Shown in pieces: positions 1 through 9,578 of a stretch of 32,340 nt of DNA. Origin of the DNA: a virus (lineage: Duplodnaviria > Caudoviricetes); IMG/VR virus record IMGVR_UViG_3300037787_000006, positions 1 to 32,340 of that record. One strand, written 5' to 3'. Each line of letters starts with the position of its first letter. The first letter of the stretch is position 1. The translations under genes were made by a program, and so were the position numbers. Under the pieces are notes generated by a model. The model searched no databases and had not been told where the DNA came from. It saw only the letters and a program-made list of their open reading frames with translations.

Positions 1-127
1 GCTGTTGCGCTTGTTAAGCCATCAAATGGATCACCAGCAGCAGGGCTTGCAATAAAGTTCGCAAACGTTGGCTCAGTGCCTACAATGGTCAAGGTATAAC
101 CTGTCATGTCGGTCATTGCTCCACCTG
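1..127. repeat. terminal direct repeat, copy 1 (127 nt; circular assembly overlap)
   Basis: 1-127 is identical to 32214-32340 (GCTGTTGCGCTTG...GCTCCACCTG); the ORF crossing the junction stays in frame. Confidence 0.95.
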
Positions 128-521
128 TTGCGCTATCCACGTTTGCCTCAACACCACGCACGCGTCCCATCAATCGGGCGTTGCCCATACGGTCTACAAT
201 AACTACATGAGGGCGGCCATAAGCTAAAAGCTTCATTTCTTTGTGCATGGCCTTTGTTAAGCCTTTCAGGTTTAACGTCAAAGTCTGGGTTACAACGAAC
301 GTGCCTGTTTCCCGGTCGCTCACACCATTTTCTACAAAGGTGTTGTTGTTGGCCTTGAGAACGTACTTGTAAGCAGAAAACGTGCCTGAGGCATCTGTTA
401 TCTCGTCATCTACAATGGTAAGCGTTCCGAGGTCGCCAAAGTTTACAAAGTAAACCTCATCAATGCCGCCTATGTACTGCTTACATGGTTCTGCGTAGCC
501 TAAAGTTAAATCACAACTCAT
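1..521 (-). CDS. putative major tail (tube) protein, 5' part; continues across the origin to the stop at 32192 (180 aa total)
   Basis: Not in the ORF track. Manual translation from ATG 521: MSCDLTLGYAEPCKQYIGGIDEVYFVNFGDL...; directly follows the capsid gene; size and composition typical of a tail tube protein. Confidence 0.7.
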   Translation of the reverse strand, partial: MSCDLTLGYAEPCKQYIGGIDEVYFVNFGDLGTLTIVDDEITDASGTFSAYKYVLKANNNTFVENGVSDRETGTFVVTQTLTLNLKGLTKAMHKEMKLLAYGRPHVVIVDRMGNARLMGRVRGVEANVDSATGGAMTDMTGYTLTIVGTEPTFANFIASPAAGDPFDGLTSAT

Positions 522-535
522 ATTTTTTTGGTATT

Positions 536-569
536 AAAAAAGGGCAGGCAGACTGGCCACCTGCCCCTT
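536..569 (-). terminator. intrinsic terminator after the major capsid gene
   Basis: Minus strand GGGCAGG-N11-CCTGCCC followed by TTTTTT. Confidence 0.75.
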
Positions 570-588
570 ATTGGTTATCGTTTAATTT

Positions 589-1545
589 TTAGTTTGCGCT
601 GTTGGTGATACCGTATGTTACAATATCGCCTGCAAAACCGTACTGAACACCTGCGGTGTAACGCATTACGAAGCGTACATTTTGGCTTCCGTCGATGTCG
701 GCCATGTCAAGTACTTTCACTTCGTTGTGGTCGTTTAACAGACCTGTACCGAACCAAAGGTTCTCTTTCTGTGATGCAATCGCTTTGTTGTCTCCAAGGC
801 CGTTAGCTACAAAAAGCTTAACACCATCAAAGTTCAACTCATTTTGCATATTGTACCACATAGTACCTTGGCCTGCGATACCGTTAGCACCTAAGCCTGA
901 TGCACCAAAGCCACCTAAAGCGCGAATGTAAGCGCGGGCAATGTTCTGAGAAATGTAGATGTACATATCTTCTTTACCATAAAGGCGTGAAGGGATAGCA
1001 TCTACAATTTTACCAAGCTCTGCAACTACGTTACTTGCGGTTACTGTTGTGCCTGCAACTTCTTGTCCTGAAGGCAAAGCAGCGTCAGCAGCGATTAAGG
1101 TTGTTACACCTGAGAAGCTACCGTTTGTGGCGTTAGCACCGCCCCAAAGGTCTTGCTCTGTTTTCTCCGCAATCTTAGCACTCATGCGAGCGATAAGAAA
1201 ATCAACAAAGTTCTTTGGCAATACATCGTGAGCAGAATAGCCCATTTGTACAGCTTCCCAATCATTGCGAAAATCAGCCTTGCAAAGGTCAAGGTTAACT
1301 TGTAGCTCCTTCGGTTCAAGAATACGCTCTGCAACTGTAACCGTTCCTGTCGGGTCAAAGTCACACGTTGCATTTTTTACCAAGCCATCCAACGCCAAAG
1401 TCTTAACGACTTCTTTGTATTTAATGTTGGTTTTTACAGTTACACCTTCTTGAGCTAGGGTGTTACCGCTTAATAGGGCTGCGCCTATGTATTTGCCGGC
1501 AAATTCGCCAGCGTAAGTAGTGGTTAATGAAGTGGTTGTTGCCAT
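589..1545 (-). CDS. major capsid protein
   Basis: 318 aa, downstream of protease and scaffold genes; MATTTSLTTTYAGEFAG N-terminus and TCDF motif resemble capsid proteins of aquatic Bacteroidota phages; followed by a terminator. Confidence 0.85.
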   Translation of the reverse strand: MATTTSLTTTYAGEFAGKYIGAALLSGNTLAQEGVTVKTNIKYKEVVKTLALDGLVKNATCDFDPTGTVTVAERILEPKELQVNLDLCKADFRNDWEAVQMGYSAHDVLPKNFVDFLIARMSAKIAEKTEQDLWGGANATNGSFSGVTTLIAADAALPSGQEVAGTTVTASNVVAELGKIVDAIPSRLYGKEDMYIYISQNIARAYIRALGGFGASGLGANGIAGQGTMWYNMQNELNFDGVKLFVANGLGDNKAIASQKENLWFGTGLLNDHNEVKVLDMADIDGSQNVRFVMRYTAGVQYGFAGDIVTYGITNSAN

Positions 1546-1571
1546 TTTATCTTCTTTTTTTTAGGTTGGTT

Positions 1572-2138
1572 TTAAATTTCTGCGATCGTTTTTAACACTC
1601 TATCTAGTGTCGTCATCTTGCGCTTGCTCAAGATGATTTTGCTATTTTCTTTTTCAGCCTTCTTTTCAGGGCTGTGCTTGATAGCTGCCATTTCTACTTT
1701 TTCGGATGGCTCTTCGGCTGGTGCTGGTGCCTCAGTTTCGGCAGACGCTTTAACCTCTTTGGCTTCCATCATTTCTACCATTGTGGCTACCATCCTTTTA
1801 AGCTCTTCAAACTCCATGCGGGTTACTGGCTTTTCATCTTCAGCGGCTTCAACTTCTACCTCTACCTCAGGGGCTTCTTCCTCTTCTGCTGGCATTTCGT
1901 TGATTGCGCTTATGATACCGTCTTCTGCTATCACTAGCTGGCGGCCGTCTTCCATCATGTATTCGCCTGCTGGTAGTGGTACGCGCTCTTCATCGTTTAC
2001 AATAGCGATTTCTGCGCCTGGTTCAAATACTTCGGCTTCTAGTACCGTACCGTTGTCAAGTTTAGCCTGCGCCAACTTAACCTCAGTTTGCATACCCAAA
2101 GCCGTCTTAACTTGTTGCAAAATTTGTTCTGCTTTCAT
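1572..2138 (-). CDS. putative capsid scaffolding protein
   Basis: 188 aa, very Glu-rich, between protease and capsid genes. Confidence 0.65.
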   Translation of the reverse strand: MKAEQILQQVKTALGMQTEVKLAQAKLDNGTVLEAEVFEPGAEIAIVNDEERVPLPAGEYMMEDGRQLVIAEDGIISAINEMPAEEEEAPEVEVEVEAAEDEKPVTRMEFEELKRMVATMVEMMEAKEVKASAETEAPAPAEEPSEKVEMAAIKHSPEKKAEKENSKIILSKRKMTTLDRVLKTIAEI

Positions 2139-2144
2139 GGTTTT

Positions 2145-2168
2145 AAAACGTATTTATTAATTACTGTT
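2145..2168 (-). promoter_or_regulatory. putative late (phage sigma) promoter
   Basis: AACA-N14-CGTTTT-N6-ATG(2138). Confidence 0.6.
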
Positions 2169-2756
2169 TGATTTTTGTATAATCTCGCGCAGCCGCTTTA
2201 CCATTTGCTCCGCTTCTGTGAGTTCAGGCTCATCTTCTTTTTTGCTAAACATCCCTTCAATGCTAAAGCCTTTAACCTTGCCTGTTTTTACAAACTCATC
2301 CCATACCTGCTCGTTCTCTACTTTCATAGCAACAAACCAAGTACCCAAAGGGGCTTCTAAATTGTAAAGCTTTGATTTGTCGTGGGTGTCGTCTTCTTTG
2401 ATCCACGTTTCAACTACGGTCAACCCTTCAAGATTAACCTTATGCTCAAGCGTGCTTTTGCCTTGCCTGCCTAACTTTAAAAATAGCTCGCTGGCTTTGC
2501 GGACGGTGTCTTTAGAAAAATGTATGTAATACACATCTTCACCGCCTTCATCTTTGCGGGGTATGAGTTTATCAGGGATGAGTGCCGCACCTAAAAGAAT
2601 ACGCTTTTCTTCGCTTATGGTGGCAAGCTTTATTTCTTCATCTTGCTTTGATAACGTGATGAAGTCGCTTTCAATGGCTGGCTTTTCAACAATGCTGATT
2701 GCCTGCACCCCGTTTAAAATTTGCTGTTCGTCTAAGATGAGTTCAATAACCTTCAT
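2157..2756 (-). CDS. prohead protease (XkdF-like serine protease)
   Basis: 199 aa; AISIVEKPAIE, TLEH, GTWF and VKGFSIEG motifs. Confidence 0.8.
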   Translation of the reverse strand: MKVIELILDEQQILNGVQAISIVEKPAIESDFITLSKQDEEIKLATISEEKRILLGAALIPDKLIPRKDEGGEDVYYIHFSKDTVRKASELFLKLGRQGKSTLEHKVNLEGLTVVETWIKEDDTHDKSKLYNLEAPLGTWFVAMKVENEQVWDEFVKTGKVKGFSIEGMFSKKEDEPELTEAEQMVKRLREIIQKSNSN

Positions 2757-2762
2757 GCGTTA

Positions 2763-2786
2763 AAAACGCAATAAGGCGAAAGTGTT
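2763..2786 (-). promoter_or_regulatory. putative late (phage sigma) promoter
   Basis: AACA-N14-CGTTTT-N6-ATG(2756). Confidence 0.6.
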
Positions 2787-2791
2787 ACATT

Positions 2792-4573
2792 TTACCCAAA
2801 TGTGGCATTTGCTAACCGCTTGCGCTCTAGTTCTGCACCACTGTTAACCTCACCGCTTACCACATAAGCCTGCACAGGTGTATTGCCTGTTTGGAAGCCT
2901 TGAATAATGCTGTTTACGTTCGCCTGTCCGGGTATGTTTACCGCTGGAGGGGTAAAGCTTGCGCCACTAGGGGCAGCACCACCACCGCCACCGCTTGCGG
3001 GGTTTGTTTGCAATATGCTACGAACCTGCGCTAAACCAAATAAACCAGTGGCCACGGCATTAGCTATGTTCCATCCGGGGATATAAGGCTTTGCTGTTAA
3101 AGCAGCCGTTACTGATTGATATGTATTCCAGATAGCTTGCGCCACTGCGAGTGCCTTTTGCTCTGCGCTGCCCTGCTCTAGGTTGGCAGAAATAGCATTC
3201 ATTAAATTATTGGCGATACTCAGTTTTGTATCTGCAAGCTTTTTTTCATCTGCAAGTTGTTTATCGCGTTCGGCTTTTTCTTTTTCTGCCAATTCATCTT
3301 TTGCCTTTTGGTCTTCGGCTCTGTATTTATCATTCAAGATTTTTAACGCCTGCAATTTTGCGTCTTCAATTTCTATCGTGTCTAGTCCGTACTTTTGCGC
3401 CTGAGCAATAAGGTTGTTGTATTTCTCTTCTTCTTTTTCAATTTCTAAAGCCCTCTTTTCATCTTGGTCTAAAGCTAAAGCATCGCGCAATTCCTTTTCA
3501 AAAGCGGCTTGTTCTGTCATGCGCTGTTTTTCTTGCGCGGCTATTTCCTTATTAATGCGGTTTAATTCTCTTTGTGTTTGTCGTTGTTGATTAGTACGTG
3601 CAACCATTTTATTATTAACCGCTGCAATAAGTCGCGCCTCTTCATCTAGGTTCTCTTTATTGCTTCGCGCAAATGTGTTCTCCATAGTTTGCGCGTCAGC
3701 ACGTAATTTTAAGGCTTCTAATTCTTTTTTCAGCAGCTCGTCTTCTAAATCTTGTGCATCTCTTAATGCTTGACCTCTTTGTTTTGCTGTAAATTCCTCC
3801 TCCTGCCTTGACTTTAGTCTTAGTTCGGCAATTTTCTGTTCCATTTCTGAACGCTCAACAAGTAAAGCACGCTCTATTTTATCAGCCTTGGCACGCATAT
3901 CTGCAACCTGTGCAGCTGCCTTGCCTTCATTTATTTGTTCTTTAACAAAATTTTTAGTTGCCTCTGCGGCTGCGCTTACTTTGTCGGTTACATTTTCTAT
4001 GCCTAATGTCATTTTAGCAAAAGCATCTGTTGCTACTTTGCCTGCTTCACCAAATTCACCACTTAAAGCCAGCTTAATGGCTTTCCCTAATGCTGGAAGC
4101 CATTCAAACATACCAACAATCCTATTCTCTACATTTTCATATATTGCTTTTCCAAAGTTTTTTAAAGCTTCAAGCGGGTTTTCAAATGCCCAAATAATTT
4201 TTTCACCAAAATCAGCTAATAGGTCTATTAAATTTCCAGTTAATGCACCTATTACACCCATGATTTTAGCAAACTTATTTTGCCCTTCTTCGCTACTTTT
4301 AAAAGCCGCTACAAGTGAGGTAACTACAAGTACCAAAGCACCTAAGCCTGTTGCAGCGATAGCAGTACCCACACCTTTAAAGCCAAGGGCAACACCTTTA
4401 AGGGTAGCTGTGAATGATTTGAATTTAGATATTAACCCGCCTGTTAGTTTATCGGCTTGATTTTGTATCTCATCAATATTGCTGCCTGTTTTTTTAGTTT
4501 CCTTGTTTAGGTTTTCTACTTGCTTTGTCGCTTCGCCTGTTTCAACCTTGACTTTTACTACTTCTTCAACCAT
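2792..4573 (-). CDS. tail tape measure protein
   Basis: 593 aa; Ala/Gly-rich hydrophobic segment (ATGLGALVLVV), long coiled coil, C-terminal QAYVVSGEV. Confidence 0.8.
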   Translation of the reverse strand: MVEEVVKVKVETGEATKQVENLNKETKKTGSNIDEIQNQADKLTGGLISKFKSFTATLKGVALGFKGVGTAIAATGLGALVLVVTSLVAAFKSSEEGQNKFAKIMGVIGALTGNLIDLLADFGEKIIWAFENPLEALKNFGKAIYENVENRIVGMFEWLPALGKAIKLALSGEFGEAGKVATDAFAKMTLGIENVTDKVSAAAEATKNFVKEQINEGKAAAQVADMRAKADKIERALLVERSEMEQKIAELRLKSRQEEEFTAKQRGQALRDAQDLEDELLKKELEALKLRADAQTMENTFARSNKENLDEEARLIAAVNNKMVARTNQQRQTQRELNRINKEIAAQEKQRMTEQAAFEKELRDALALDQDEKRALEIEKEEEKYNNLIAQAQKYGLDTIEIEDAKLQALKILNDKYRAEDQKAKDELAEKEKAERDKQLADEKKLADTKLSIANNLMNAISANLEQGSAEQKALAVAQAIWNTYQSVTAALTAKPYIPGWNIANAVATGLFGLAQVRSILQTNPASGGGGGAAPSGASFTPPAVNIPGQANVNSIIQGFQTGNTPVQAYVVSGEVNSGAELERKRLANATFG

Positions 4574-4698
4574 GTCTTTAAATATTTTACAAGTTTACGC
4601 CAGCCCATTGGCAGCTCATATTTTCCCAGTGCCCTGTCAACCTCAGGGCTAATACCTTTTTTTGCCGTGCTTAACGCTTCTATTATTTCGATAATCAT
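4558..4698 (-). CDS. small hypothetical protein (46 aa)
   Basis: Manual: MIIEIIEALSTAKKGISPEVDRALGKYELPMGWRKLVKYLKTWLKK; ATGA overlap with the upstream stop; fills the gap before the tape measure gene. Confidence 0.65.
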   Translation of the reverse strand: MIIEIIEALSTAKKGISPEVDRALGKYELPMGWRKLVKYLKTWLKK

Positions 4699-6695
4699 TT
4701 GACGTTTATTAACTTCATCTTTGTGCGGCCTGTGTTTAGGTTGATTTTGATTTCGTTAATTCTAAAAATCAAATCACCAACTACTAAATAATCATTCATC
4801 TGCAAGTTGATAATAATGTTCAACGGTAGGATAGCTTCTAAATCTGTTATCCGCGTGCGGCTGTCAAAAATATCATTGACCTGATCTTGATAATATTCAG
4901 TGTAAAGCCCGCGCGTTACTAAGCCCCCAAAGTAAGGGTCAATCGTTGCACCAAATGCAAGGCTTAATGTATTTGCGCTCAGGCTGCTTTCATTGCAGAC
5001 CCCGAAGCGGTGGTACGCGCTCACTTCGTTGTCGTTCCCATCCGCGGTGAGAAGGTTGAATGTTTTTGTTAGTGATGTGGCCTTATCTTGGTAGTATAAA
5101 AACCAAAGCCCCCCCAGATATGGCGAGGGGTCGGCAGTGTTGTCTTCTATTATTGATGCTATGCTTATATCGGTGGCGGTGTCATCGTCTGCGTCAATAA
5201 GCCTTTCAAAAATTGGCATTTCCGCGCCGCTTTCTACTTCAAATGTTTCAGCATCGCGGTAGTCTAAAACTAAGTTCAAATCTCCGTATCCTATGCCCTC
5301 GCGGCCAAAGTATTCTTTACCTGCATACGTGCCGGGTTCGTTGTGGTTAAACTCAATGTTGCCGAAAATATTCGACTTGGCTAAGCTCATGTTGTTCATG
5401 TCAACATAGCGGCTTATGTCGTGCGTCTTGTTGCCTATCCAGTCGCTGTATGGTTCAATTTCAAAAGTGTTTGCCGCTGTTGGGTAAACTATCAAATTAA
5501 ACATTTTGATAAGTGAGGTCATGAAGTCGTAGACCTTAATTTCAGGAACAACCTTAGATATGGTTACATAAGTATAACTAAATTCTTGTGCAGTATCAAA
5601 AATTAATTGTTGCCTGCTTAATATGTTTGGTGGTGATGCTATTCCATCATCAAAATAAATCTCTATCGTTTTACTTATGGTTTGGTTTGGGTTTAAAGTT
5701 GAAAATTGAAATGTTACCTCATCATCTGTTAAAACATCAATATCATAAGTTTGATTTAACAAAATATTAGTGGTGGTATTTCCTGAAACTTTCAATTCAC
5801 CATTTACCAAAATATCAAAACGCAATAAAGGGGTGGAGGTATGAAATGCCTGAAATTTAATCGTGCAATCATAATCTATCGTTAAAACTTTTGTAGTGTT
5901 ATTCCATGTGTGAAATACATCTAACGTGCTAACGCTTACAGTTATAGGCTGAGGCACTTGAGGCATATAACCCTCATTCCTATGCAGCCACAAATACAAA
6001 TCGGTAAAAGCACTAGACGCAAAAAAGGTGCTGTTAAACGTAATGCCATACTTTGACTCTATCGCGTCAATGATAGGGGCGACTTTTAACGCAGGCTTGA
6101 GTTCGTAATGCCTTATTCCGTGGTCGTTGCTACTGTGGCCGCTGTGGTATGCTATGTTATTGTCATCGTGGTTGCTGTTTGCGCTGTTGTAAAACCACTT
6201 GCGCACAGGGCTAATTAATGGGTAATAAATTTCACCACTTTTTAACCCTGCACCCTCAACACCTGTTTCTACGTTTGCGAAACTGTGCGCGTGGTCATAA
6301 CTTGAGAGGTCTAAATCTTCTAGCTTGTCTTCACCAAAAGTATCCTTTAGGCTTTTTAAATCTCCATAAAAAACCAAGCTATAAGATGAGGGCAAACCGT
6401 TTGTGAATTTCGCGCCTTCAATAATGAATACACCACTACGCACAGGCAAGGTATCAACCTCTATTCTACCCGGTACGCTTTCACTTTGCGCGTAACCGTT
6501 TAGAACGGTCATATCATAGTAATGCTTTAACGCCTTGTTGTTTTTAGGCGTGGCAGGTACAGTGAATGTTTGGGTGAAGTCAGTATAAACGCGGCCTAGT
6601 TCGCGGTAGTCGGTAGCCTTACGGGTAAGCACTATATCCTCATCCCCGAAAAGGTCTAAATAAACATCGTTAAAATATAATGCTACCTTTCTCAT
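4695..6695 (-). CDS. tail tip / baseplate hub-like structural protein
   Basis: 666 aa in the tail module; N-terminal LDLFGDEDI...FTQTFTVPATPKNN typical of siphovirus tail proteins. Confidence 0.65.
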   Translation of the reverse strand: MRKVALYFNDVYLDLFGDEDIVLTRKATDYRELGRVYTDFTQTFTVPATPKNNKALKHYYDMTVLNGYAQSESVPGRIEVDTLPVRSGVFIIEGAKFTNGLPSSYSLVFYGDLKSLKDTFGEDKLEDLDLSSYDHAHSFANVETGVEGAGLKSGEIYYPLISPVRKWFYNSANSNHDDNNIAYHSGHSSNDHGIRHYELKPALKVAPIIDAIESKYGITFNSTFFASSAFTDLYLWLHRNEGYMPQVPQPITVSVSTLDVFHTWNNTTKVLTIDYDCTIKFQAFHTSTPLLRFDILVNGELKVSGNTTTNILLNQTYDIDVLTDDEVTFQFSTLNPNQTISKTIEIYFDDGIASPPNILSRQQLIFDTAQEFSYTYVTISKVVPEIKVYDFMTSLIKMFNLIVYPTAANTFEIEPYSDWIGNKTHDISRYVDMNNMSLAKSNIFGNIEFNHNEPGTYAGKEYFGREGIGYGDLNLVLDYRDAETFEVESGAEMPIFERLIDADDDTATDISIASIIEDNTADPSPYLGGLWFLYYQDKATSLTKTFNLLTADGNDNEVSAYHRFGVCNESSLSANTLSLAFGATIDPYFGGLVTRGLYTEYYQDQVNDIFDSRTRITDLEAILPLNIIINLQMNDYLVVGDLIFRINEIKINLNTGRTKMKLINVK

Positions 6696-7855
6696 TGCGT
6701 TCTATTTATGGCGGTGTGTGCGTAGGTGAAAATGAGGGTGTAGTTCACTAACTCGTTAACCTCATCTTTGTATGTTACGCTTGCGCTTTCTAAAACCACA
6801 GGCACGCTGTTATCCATCAAAAACGCTTCGCTTTGCAGCAGCTGCCTAACAACCTCGTTATACTCTTCACCTATCAACCCTGTGTTTAAAGTGATACGCT
6901 CCTGACCTATCGCGTTAATTCGTGCGTGTACGCCTTCGCGGGTGTTGTAGGTGTATGGTCGTGTGCCATCGTCTGCACGTGCCCCCCAAGTGCCTATAAT
7001 GCGTTTATAACCTTCACTCTGAACGGTCATGTCTTTTACGCTTTTCTTTTCAAACACCATTGTATCCCAAACGCCCCACTTATTCAAAAAAGCTATGTAA
7101 TGCCCTTCGTATTTTGGCTCGCAGATGTAGGCCACATTAATACTTCCTAAATCTTCATCGGTGCTTTCATCTCTAACCTCAACAGTAAAGCCGCTTTTTG
7201 CAGCGTAAATGTCAAGGGTTAAATCTGTAACGCTGTTCAAATTTGGGCGGCCTATTGGAATATAAACAACTTGTTTGTCGGTGTCATCGCCATGCGCTGG
7301 TGCTGCGTTCCAAGATGAAGGCGTTACTCCATCGTTTAGCCGCCATTCTATTCTTGGGTTGTTTTTGACTGGAAGGTTAAAATATTGACCCGGTAAAAGG
7401 TTTATCGTGCGCGGTGCTGTTAGTATCGTTTCTGAGTGTGTGGCGTTCAATCCATCTTCAAACTCGGTGTACCCATCCATCGCTAGAAAAGTGCTGTCTT
7501 CTGTGTACCCTCCATCGCTCTCAGTGGTGGCGGTTGATACCTTCACCCATAGTGCAGCTCCTACGGCTTGCGCAATGTAATAGGTACTTGCTCCGGGTGC
7601 GTTGTGGCTAGTGTAATTCTGCACAAAATAAGCCCTCACTATTTCTGAAACGTTTGTTAGCACCTTACCATCTACGCTCAACTTACTGAGCTGTACTTGC
7701 GCTTGTGCGGGTGCGCCTGTGCTTTTGTCGCCTGTGTATAAGCTTATGCTGTGCACCGCATCGGTTATGGTTTCGCCTGCGGTGTCAGGTTCGCATTGTA
7801 AAAACATCGGGCTTCGTGCCTGTGAAAAATCTGAGGGGTATATGATATTGGCCAT
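6692..7855 (-). CDS. tail structural protein (distal-tail-like)
   Basis: 387 aa; C-terminal CEPKY...FLNKWGVWD...LNTG motifs; tail module context. Confidence 0.55.
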   Translation of the reverse strand: MANIIYPSDFSQARSPMFLQCEPDTAGETITDAVHSISLYTGDKSTGAPAQAQVQLSKLSVDGKVLTNVSEIVRAYFVQNYTSHNAPGASTYYIAQAVGAALWVKVSTATTESDGGYTEDSTFLAMDGYTEFEDGLNATHSETILTAPRTINLLPGQYFNLPVKNNPRIEWRLNDGVTPSSWNAAPAHGDDTDKQVVYIPIGRPNLNSVTDLTLDIYAAKSGFTVEVRDESTDEDLGSINVAYICEPKYEGHYIAFLNKWGVWDTMVFEKKSVKDMTVQSEGYKRIIGTWGARADDGTRPYTYNTREGVHARINAIGQERITLNTGLIGEEYNEVVRQLLQSEAFLMDNSVPVVLESASVTYKDEVNELVNYTLIFTYAHTAINRTQ

Positions 7856-8379
7856 TATTTTAACCTTTTATTGTTTCTTGCAAATGCTATAAAATCGGGT
7901 ATGCTTTTTGCGTATGCCTTTGCTATGTTTTCGGGTAGCCGCTTAAATAGCCGCTCAAATGGCTGGCTGTAAAATTTAGTTGGCTCTATACCTTGCGTAA
8001 ATATCTTGTTGCGTATTAAATACGCTAACCGTTGCTGCCCACCCTTACTGAACCTGCCTTTTTCATCTCTTAAAAACAACCTGCGTGCGCGGACCCATTC
8101 CAAAAGCGGGGCTACTGGTGGTCGTCTTGTTGTGTAGCTAAAGGGTGTGTTAAATTTACGCTGCGTGCCGCTTACGCCTTTGTCCACATAATCGCCATAC
8201 GGCTCCATCTCAAAAGCAAAAGCCAACGCGCCTGAGGGGTAAACCTTCACTTTGTAATCTATGCTATCATACAGCTTCCTGCTTACGTTCTTTTTTCTGC
8301 GTGTAAGGTTTGCGCGGCTTTGGCGTTTTAGCTCCTTGCCAAAGTTTAACAACGTATTTTCAACTTCAACGGGCTGCAT
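7855..8379 (-). CDS. putative neck/tail completion protein (HK97 gp10-like)
   Basis: 174 aa, basic; LYDSI, YGDYVDKGV, GIEPTKFY motifs. Confidence 0.6.
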   Translation of the reverse strand: MQPVEVENTLLNFGKELKRQSRANLTRRKKNVSRKLYDSIDYKVKVYPSGALAFAFEMEPYGDYVDKGVSGTQRKFNTPFSYTTRRPPVAPLLEWVRARRLFLRDEKGRFSKGGQQRLAYLIRNKIFTQGIEPTKFYSQPFERLFKRLPENIAKAYAKSIPDFIAFARNNKRLK

Positions 8380-8629
8380 TCGCTTTCATCATTAACTGTT
8401 CATCTTGCTGTTTCATGTACTCTAACGCTGTTAAACATTTGGTCGCTGGTTCTTTTGTGATCTGATCAAATTTTGTAATGTCGCCCCCTGCAAGGTTGAA
8501 TACTGAGCTGTACCATCCCCAGCGGGCTGCAAATTGAGCCGACCCGCTAAGATTTGCGCCCCTGTCATCGTCTGTGGTAGCGGGAAATATCGAAGGGTAT
8601 CGCTCACTAAATCCTTGGCGATAGTCCAA
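8366..8629 (-). CDS. -1 frame extension of the tail assembly chaperone (GT-like)
   Basis: 87 codons starting with TTG inside the T9 run 8628-8636; joined product reads GAMLFF-LDYRQGFSERYP...WGWYSSVFNLAGGDI. Confidence 0.65.
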   Translation of the reverse strand: MDYRQGFSERYPSIFPATTDDDRGANLSGSAQFAARWGWYSSVFNLAGGDITKFDQITKEPATKCLTALEYMKQQDEQLMMKANAAR

Positions 8630-9093
8630 AAAAAAAGCATTGCGCCCATTGCTATGCTTAGCGGCATTTCTTTGTATTCGCTCGCATCGCCTGCGCCTTC
8701 ATAGGGTGTTATGGTGTACAGGTCGCGGCTGCGCGCTTCTACCTTGCGGTATAAAATAGCCATTGACTTGTGCAGGAATTTATTTTGCGGTAGGTAGTTA
8801 TCGAGGTCAATTAACTCACCAAATGTTATTTTACTTAGGTTTGGAATAAACCCTTTATCGTTCCAAAATACGGTCAGACTAGGTTTGTCATTCAGCATAT
8901 TTGCAAGGTGCCGCGAAATGCGTATTAGGTCGGCGTATTCAATGATACTAGCATCTTTTATCTTGCAGAACACTTGCACCATTTTTAACGTCAATTCGCG
9001 GTCGGTAGGGTTGGTGTCAGCGTAGGCCATGATCTCCTGATATTGGCCTACGGTAACCTCGCTCATGTCTGTTGGTACTTTTATCTTTAGCAT
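8431..9093 (-). CDS. putative tail assembly chaperone (G-like, 0 frame)
   Basis: 220 aa in the tail module; contains slippery T TTT TTT. Confidence 0.6.
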   Translation of the reverse strand: MLKIKVPTDMSEVTVGQYQEIMAYADTNPTDRELTLKMVQVFCKIKDASIIEYADLIRISRHLANMLNDKPSLTVFWNDKGFIPNLSKITFGELIDLDNYLPQNKFLHKSMAILYRKVEARSRDLYTITPYEGAGDASEYKEMPLSIAMGAMLFFWTIAKDLVSDTLRYFPLPQTMTGAQILAGRLNLQPAGDGTAQYSTLQGATLQNLIRSQKNQRPNV

Positions 9094-9548
9094 ATTGTCG
9101 TATCAATGTTTGGCACTTGAACGGTAAATGATAGCATCCAGCCGCTTAGTAAGTTCTTAAACCTTCCTGTAAATGGTAGTGCTGTTGGCGCGTTTATAAC
9201 CTGATAGTTACTTGCAAATAAGTTGCCGCGCATGAGGTGCTGCGTGAGAATGTTTGCTTCATTCAACATCGCATTCATTATGTCTTGGTGGTTGTTGTTG
9301 CCGTAAAATGGCGTGCCCTCTTTTTTGTTGTCGGTATTGATGTCTACCAAGTCGGCAAACAGAATGTTTATGTCAAACTCAATGGTCTGCATGCCCATTC
9401 GGGCTTCCTCAATTAAAATATGTGCTAAGGGATAGATGCCTTGTTTGTCAAGGTCTACGTCAGCCATATCGCCAAGTTTAACTATGTTAATCTGTTGGCT
9501 GTCTAGCTGGTTTTTTAGGGCTGTGGTGATTTTGTAATAAGCTCGCAT
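9087..9548 (-). CDS. putative tail terminator
   Basis: 153 aa; YPLAHI and LSGW motifs; first gene after a putative late promoter. Confidence 0.55.
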   Translation of the reverse strand: MRAYYKITTALKNQLDSQQINIVKLGDMADVDLDKQGIYPLAHILIEEARMGMQTIEFDINILFADLVDINTDNKKEGTPFYGNNNHQDIMNAMLNEANILTQHLMRGNLFASNYQVINAPTALPFTGRFKNLLSGWMLSFTVQVPNIDTTIC

Positions 9549-9554
9549 ACTGTG

Positions 9555-9578
9555 AAAACGTAATGCGGGCTTTTTGTG
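9555..9578 (-). promoter_or_regulatory. putative late (phage sigma) promoter
   Basis: CACA-N14-CGTTTT-N6-ATG(9548). Confidence 0.55.

Noticed and set aside
1-127. 127-nt terminal repeat as a biological direct terminal repeat
   Set aside because: It falls mid-gene and 127 is a common assembler k-mer length, so it most likely reflects circular contig overlap.
573-586. TTAAACGATAACC after the capsid stop, resembling the early leader
   Set aside because: It has a core mismatch, is not adjacent to a start codon and lies before a terminator; probably chance.
1182-1373. Nested minus-strand ORFs 1182-1373 and 14208-14390
   Set aside because: Alternative-frame ORFs inside longer genes with no independent support.
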